Positions 24,582 through 25,706 of a stretch of 25,706 bases of DNA are shown here, one piece after another (position 1 is the first letter of the stretch; each line of letters opens with the position of its first letter). Source of the stretch: a virus (taxonomy: Duplodnaviria; Caudoviricetes); IMG/VR virus record IMGVR_UViG_3300002098_001352, positions 1-25,706 of that record, one strand, 5' to 3'. The notes below the pieces were generated by a model, which searched no databases, was not told the origin of the DNA, and saw only the letters and a program-made list of their open reading frames with translations. The translations under genes were made by a program, and so were the position numbers.

Positions 24582-25706
24582 ATGGAAGAGTATCTGGGTA
24601 TTAAAATAGATTTAGAAAAGGATAAACTGTTTGATGAGTTAGGAATTAAAAGACTCAAAGAAAGTTACATGAAAGAAGATGAAATATCACCCCAACACCG
24701 ATTCGCCTTTGTGGCAAAACAGTTTGGAACTGATCCTGAACACAGTCAGCGCCTTTACGATTACGCCTCTAATCATTGGCTTAGTTTTAGTACTCCAATC
24801 CTTTCTTTTGGTCGTTCTAAGCGTGGGTTACCTATTTCATGCTTTCTTAATTTTATTGAAGATACTGCCGAGGGATTAGTTGATAACCTTTCTGAAACTA
24901 ATTGGCTTTCTATGCTTGGCGGTGGTGTTGGTATCGGTTTTGGCATACGTTCTACTGATGATAAGTCTACTGGTGTGTTACCTCACCTTAAAATCTATGA
25001 TGCTTCATCGTTGGCTTATAGACAAGGCCGTACTCGCCGTGGTTCTTATGCTGCTTACCTTGATATTTCTCATCCTGACATTATTGGTTTCTTAGAGATG
25101 CGTAAACCAACAGGTGACCCCAATGTGCGTTGCCTGAATCTACACCACGGTGTTAATATCACCGATGACTTTATGAACATCATTGAAAAGTGTATGTTGG
25201 ATTCAGAAGCAAATGATGATTGGAATTTAACAGACCCACATTCAGGTATTGTACGTGAAACAGTATCAGCCAAAAATCTATGGCAACAAATTTTAGAATT
25301 ACGTATGCATACAGGTGAACCTTACATTCACTATATTGATACTAGTAACAGAATGATGCCTCAATTTCTAAAAGACTTAGGATTGAAGATTCATCAATCC
25401 AATTTATGTTCAGAAATCATTTTACCAACAAATGAAGAAAGAACTGCTGTATGTTGTTTGTCATCCTTAAACTTGGAGTACTATGATGAATGGAAAGACC
25501 ATCCTCATTTTCTTTGTGATACCGCTGAAATGCTTGACAATGTTCTTCAGTATTTTATTGATAATGCTCCTTCCTCCATTGAACGTGCAAGGTATTCTGC
25601 CAGTCGTGAGCGCAGCATTGGTGTCGGTGCTTTGGGCTTTCACGCTTATCTACAACGAAAAGGTGTGGCTTTTGAAGGAGTGATGGGTAAGGTTCTAAAC
25701 AATCAA
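24582..25706 (+). CDS. nrdA: Class I ribonucleotide reductase alpha subunit (partial, runs off the window; absent from the ORF track)
   Basis: Translated by hand from ATG 24582: MEEYLGIKID...'STPILS', 'LPISCFL', 'GGGVG', 'RQGRTRRGSYAAYL', 'TGEPY', 'SNLCSEI', 'AVCCLSS'. Confidence 0.95.
   Translation, partial: MEEYLGIKIDLEKDKLFDELGIKRLKESYMKEDEISPQHRFAFVAKQFGTDPEHSQRLYDYASNHWLSFSTPILSFGRSKRGLPISCFLNFIEDTAEGLVDNLSETNWLSMLGGGVGIGFGIRSTDDKSTGVLPHLKIYDASSLAYRQGRTRRGSYAAYLDISHPDIIGFLEMRKPTGDPNVRCLNLHHGVNITDDFMNIIEKCMLDSEANDDWNLTDPHSGIVRETVSAKNLWQQILELRMHTGEPYIHYIDTSNRMMPQFLKDLGLKIHQSNLCSEIILPTNEERTAVCCLSSLNLEYYDEWKDHPHFLCDTAEMLDNVLQYFIDNAPSSIERARYSASRERSIGVGALGFHAYLQRKGVAFEGVMGKVLNNQ

Noticed and set aside
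24679-25683. ORF-track calls 24679..24879, 24880..25095, 25070..25273 and 25483..25683
   Set aside because: Off-frame or antisense shadows of nrdA, which the track missed because it has no stop in the window.
1-25706. tRNA genes, CRISPR arrays, DGR repeats, inteins, alternative genetic code
   Set aside because: No cloverleaf, spaced repeat array or reverse transcriptase seen. Intergenic gaps are tiny, and core genes are full length and uninterrupted under the standard code.

Overview
AT-rich fragment of a T4-like (myovirus-type) phage genome, almost entirely + strand. In order: the end of an upstream gene; an antisense GIY-YIG homing endonuclease with its own T4 late promoter; gp41 helicase; a DUF4338/DruA-like gene; a PD-(D/E)xK-like nuclease; an 8-gene glycan cluster (glycosyltransferases, O-methyltransferase, RmlB-like dehydratase, NDP-sugar C-methyltransferase); a late operon of His-rich and modular proteins carrying T4 capsid-targeting-like N-termini; a probable structural protein; an expanded lysis/envelope cassette (spanins, GH19 endolysin, several membrane and lipoproteins); and a sigma70-promoted block of gp61 primase, thyX, a MazG-like pyrophosphatase and nrdA, which runs off the end and is missing from the ORF track. 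The best candidates for undescribed biology are (1) a possible late-expressed virion glycosylation system with a candidate Ala/Gly/Ser-Asn acceptor motif, (2) a set of His-rich, probably capsid-packaged and protease-processed enzymes (ligase-like, nucleotidyltransferase, kinase, nuclease-like), (3) an overprinted Ser/Thr/Lys-rich gene nested in one of them, and (4) a fossil gp41 start left by the endonuclease insertion. All family assignments come from motif recognition by eye, not database searches, and residue counts are manual.
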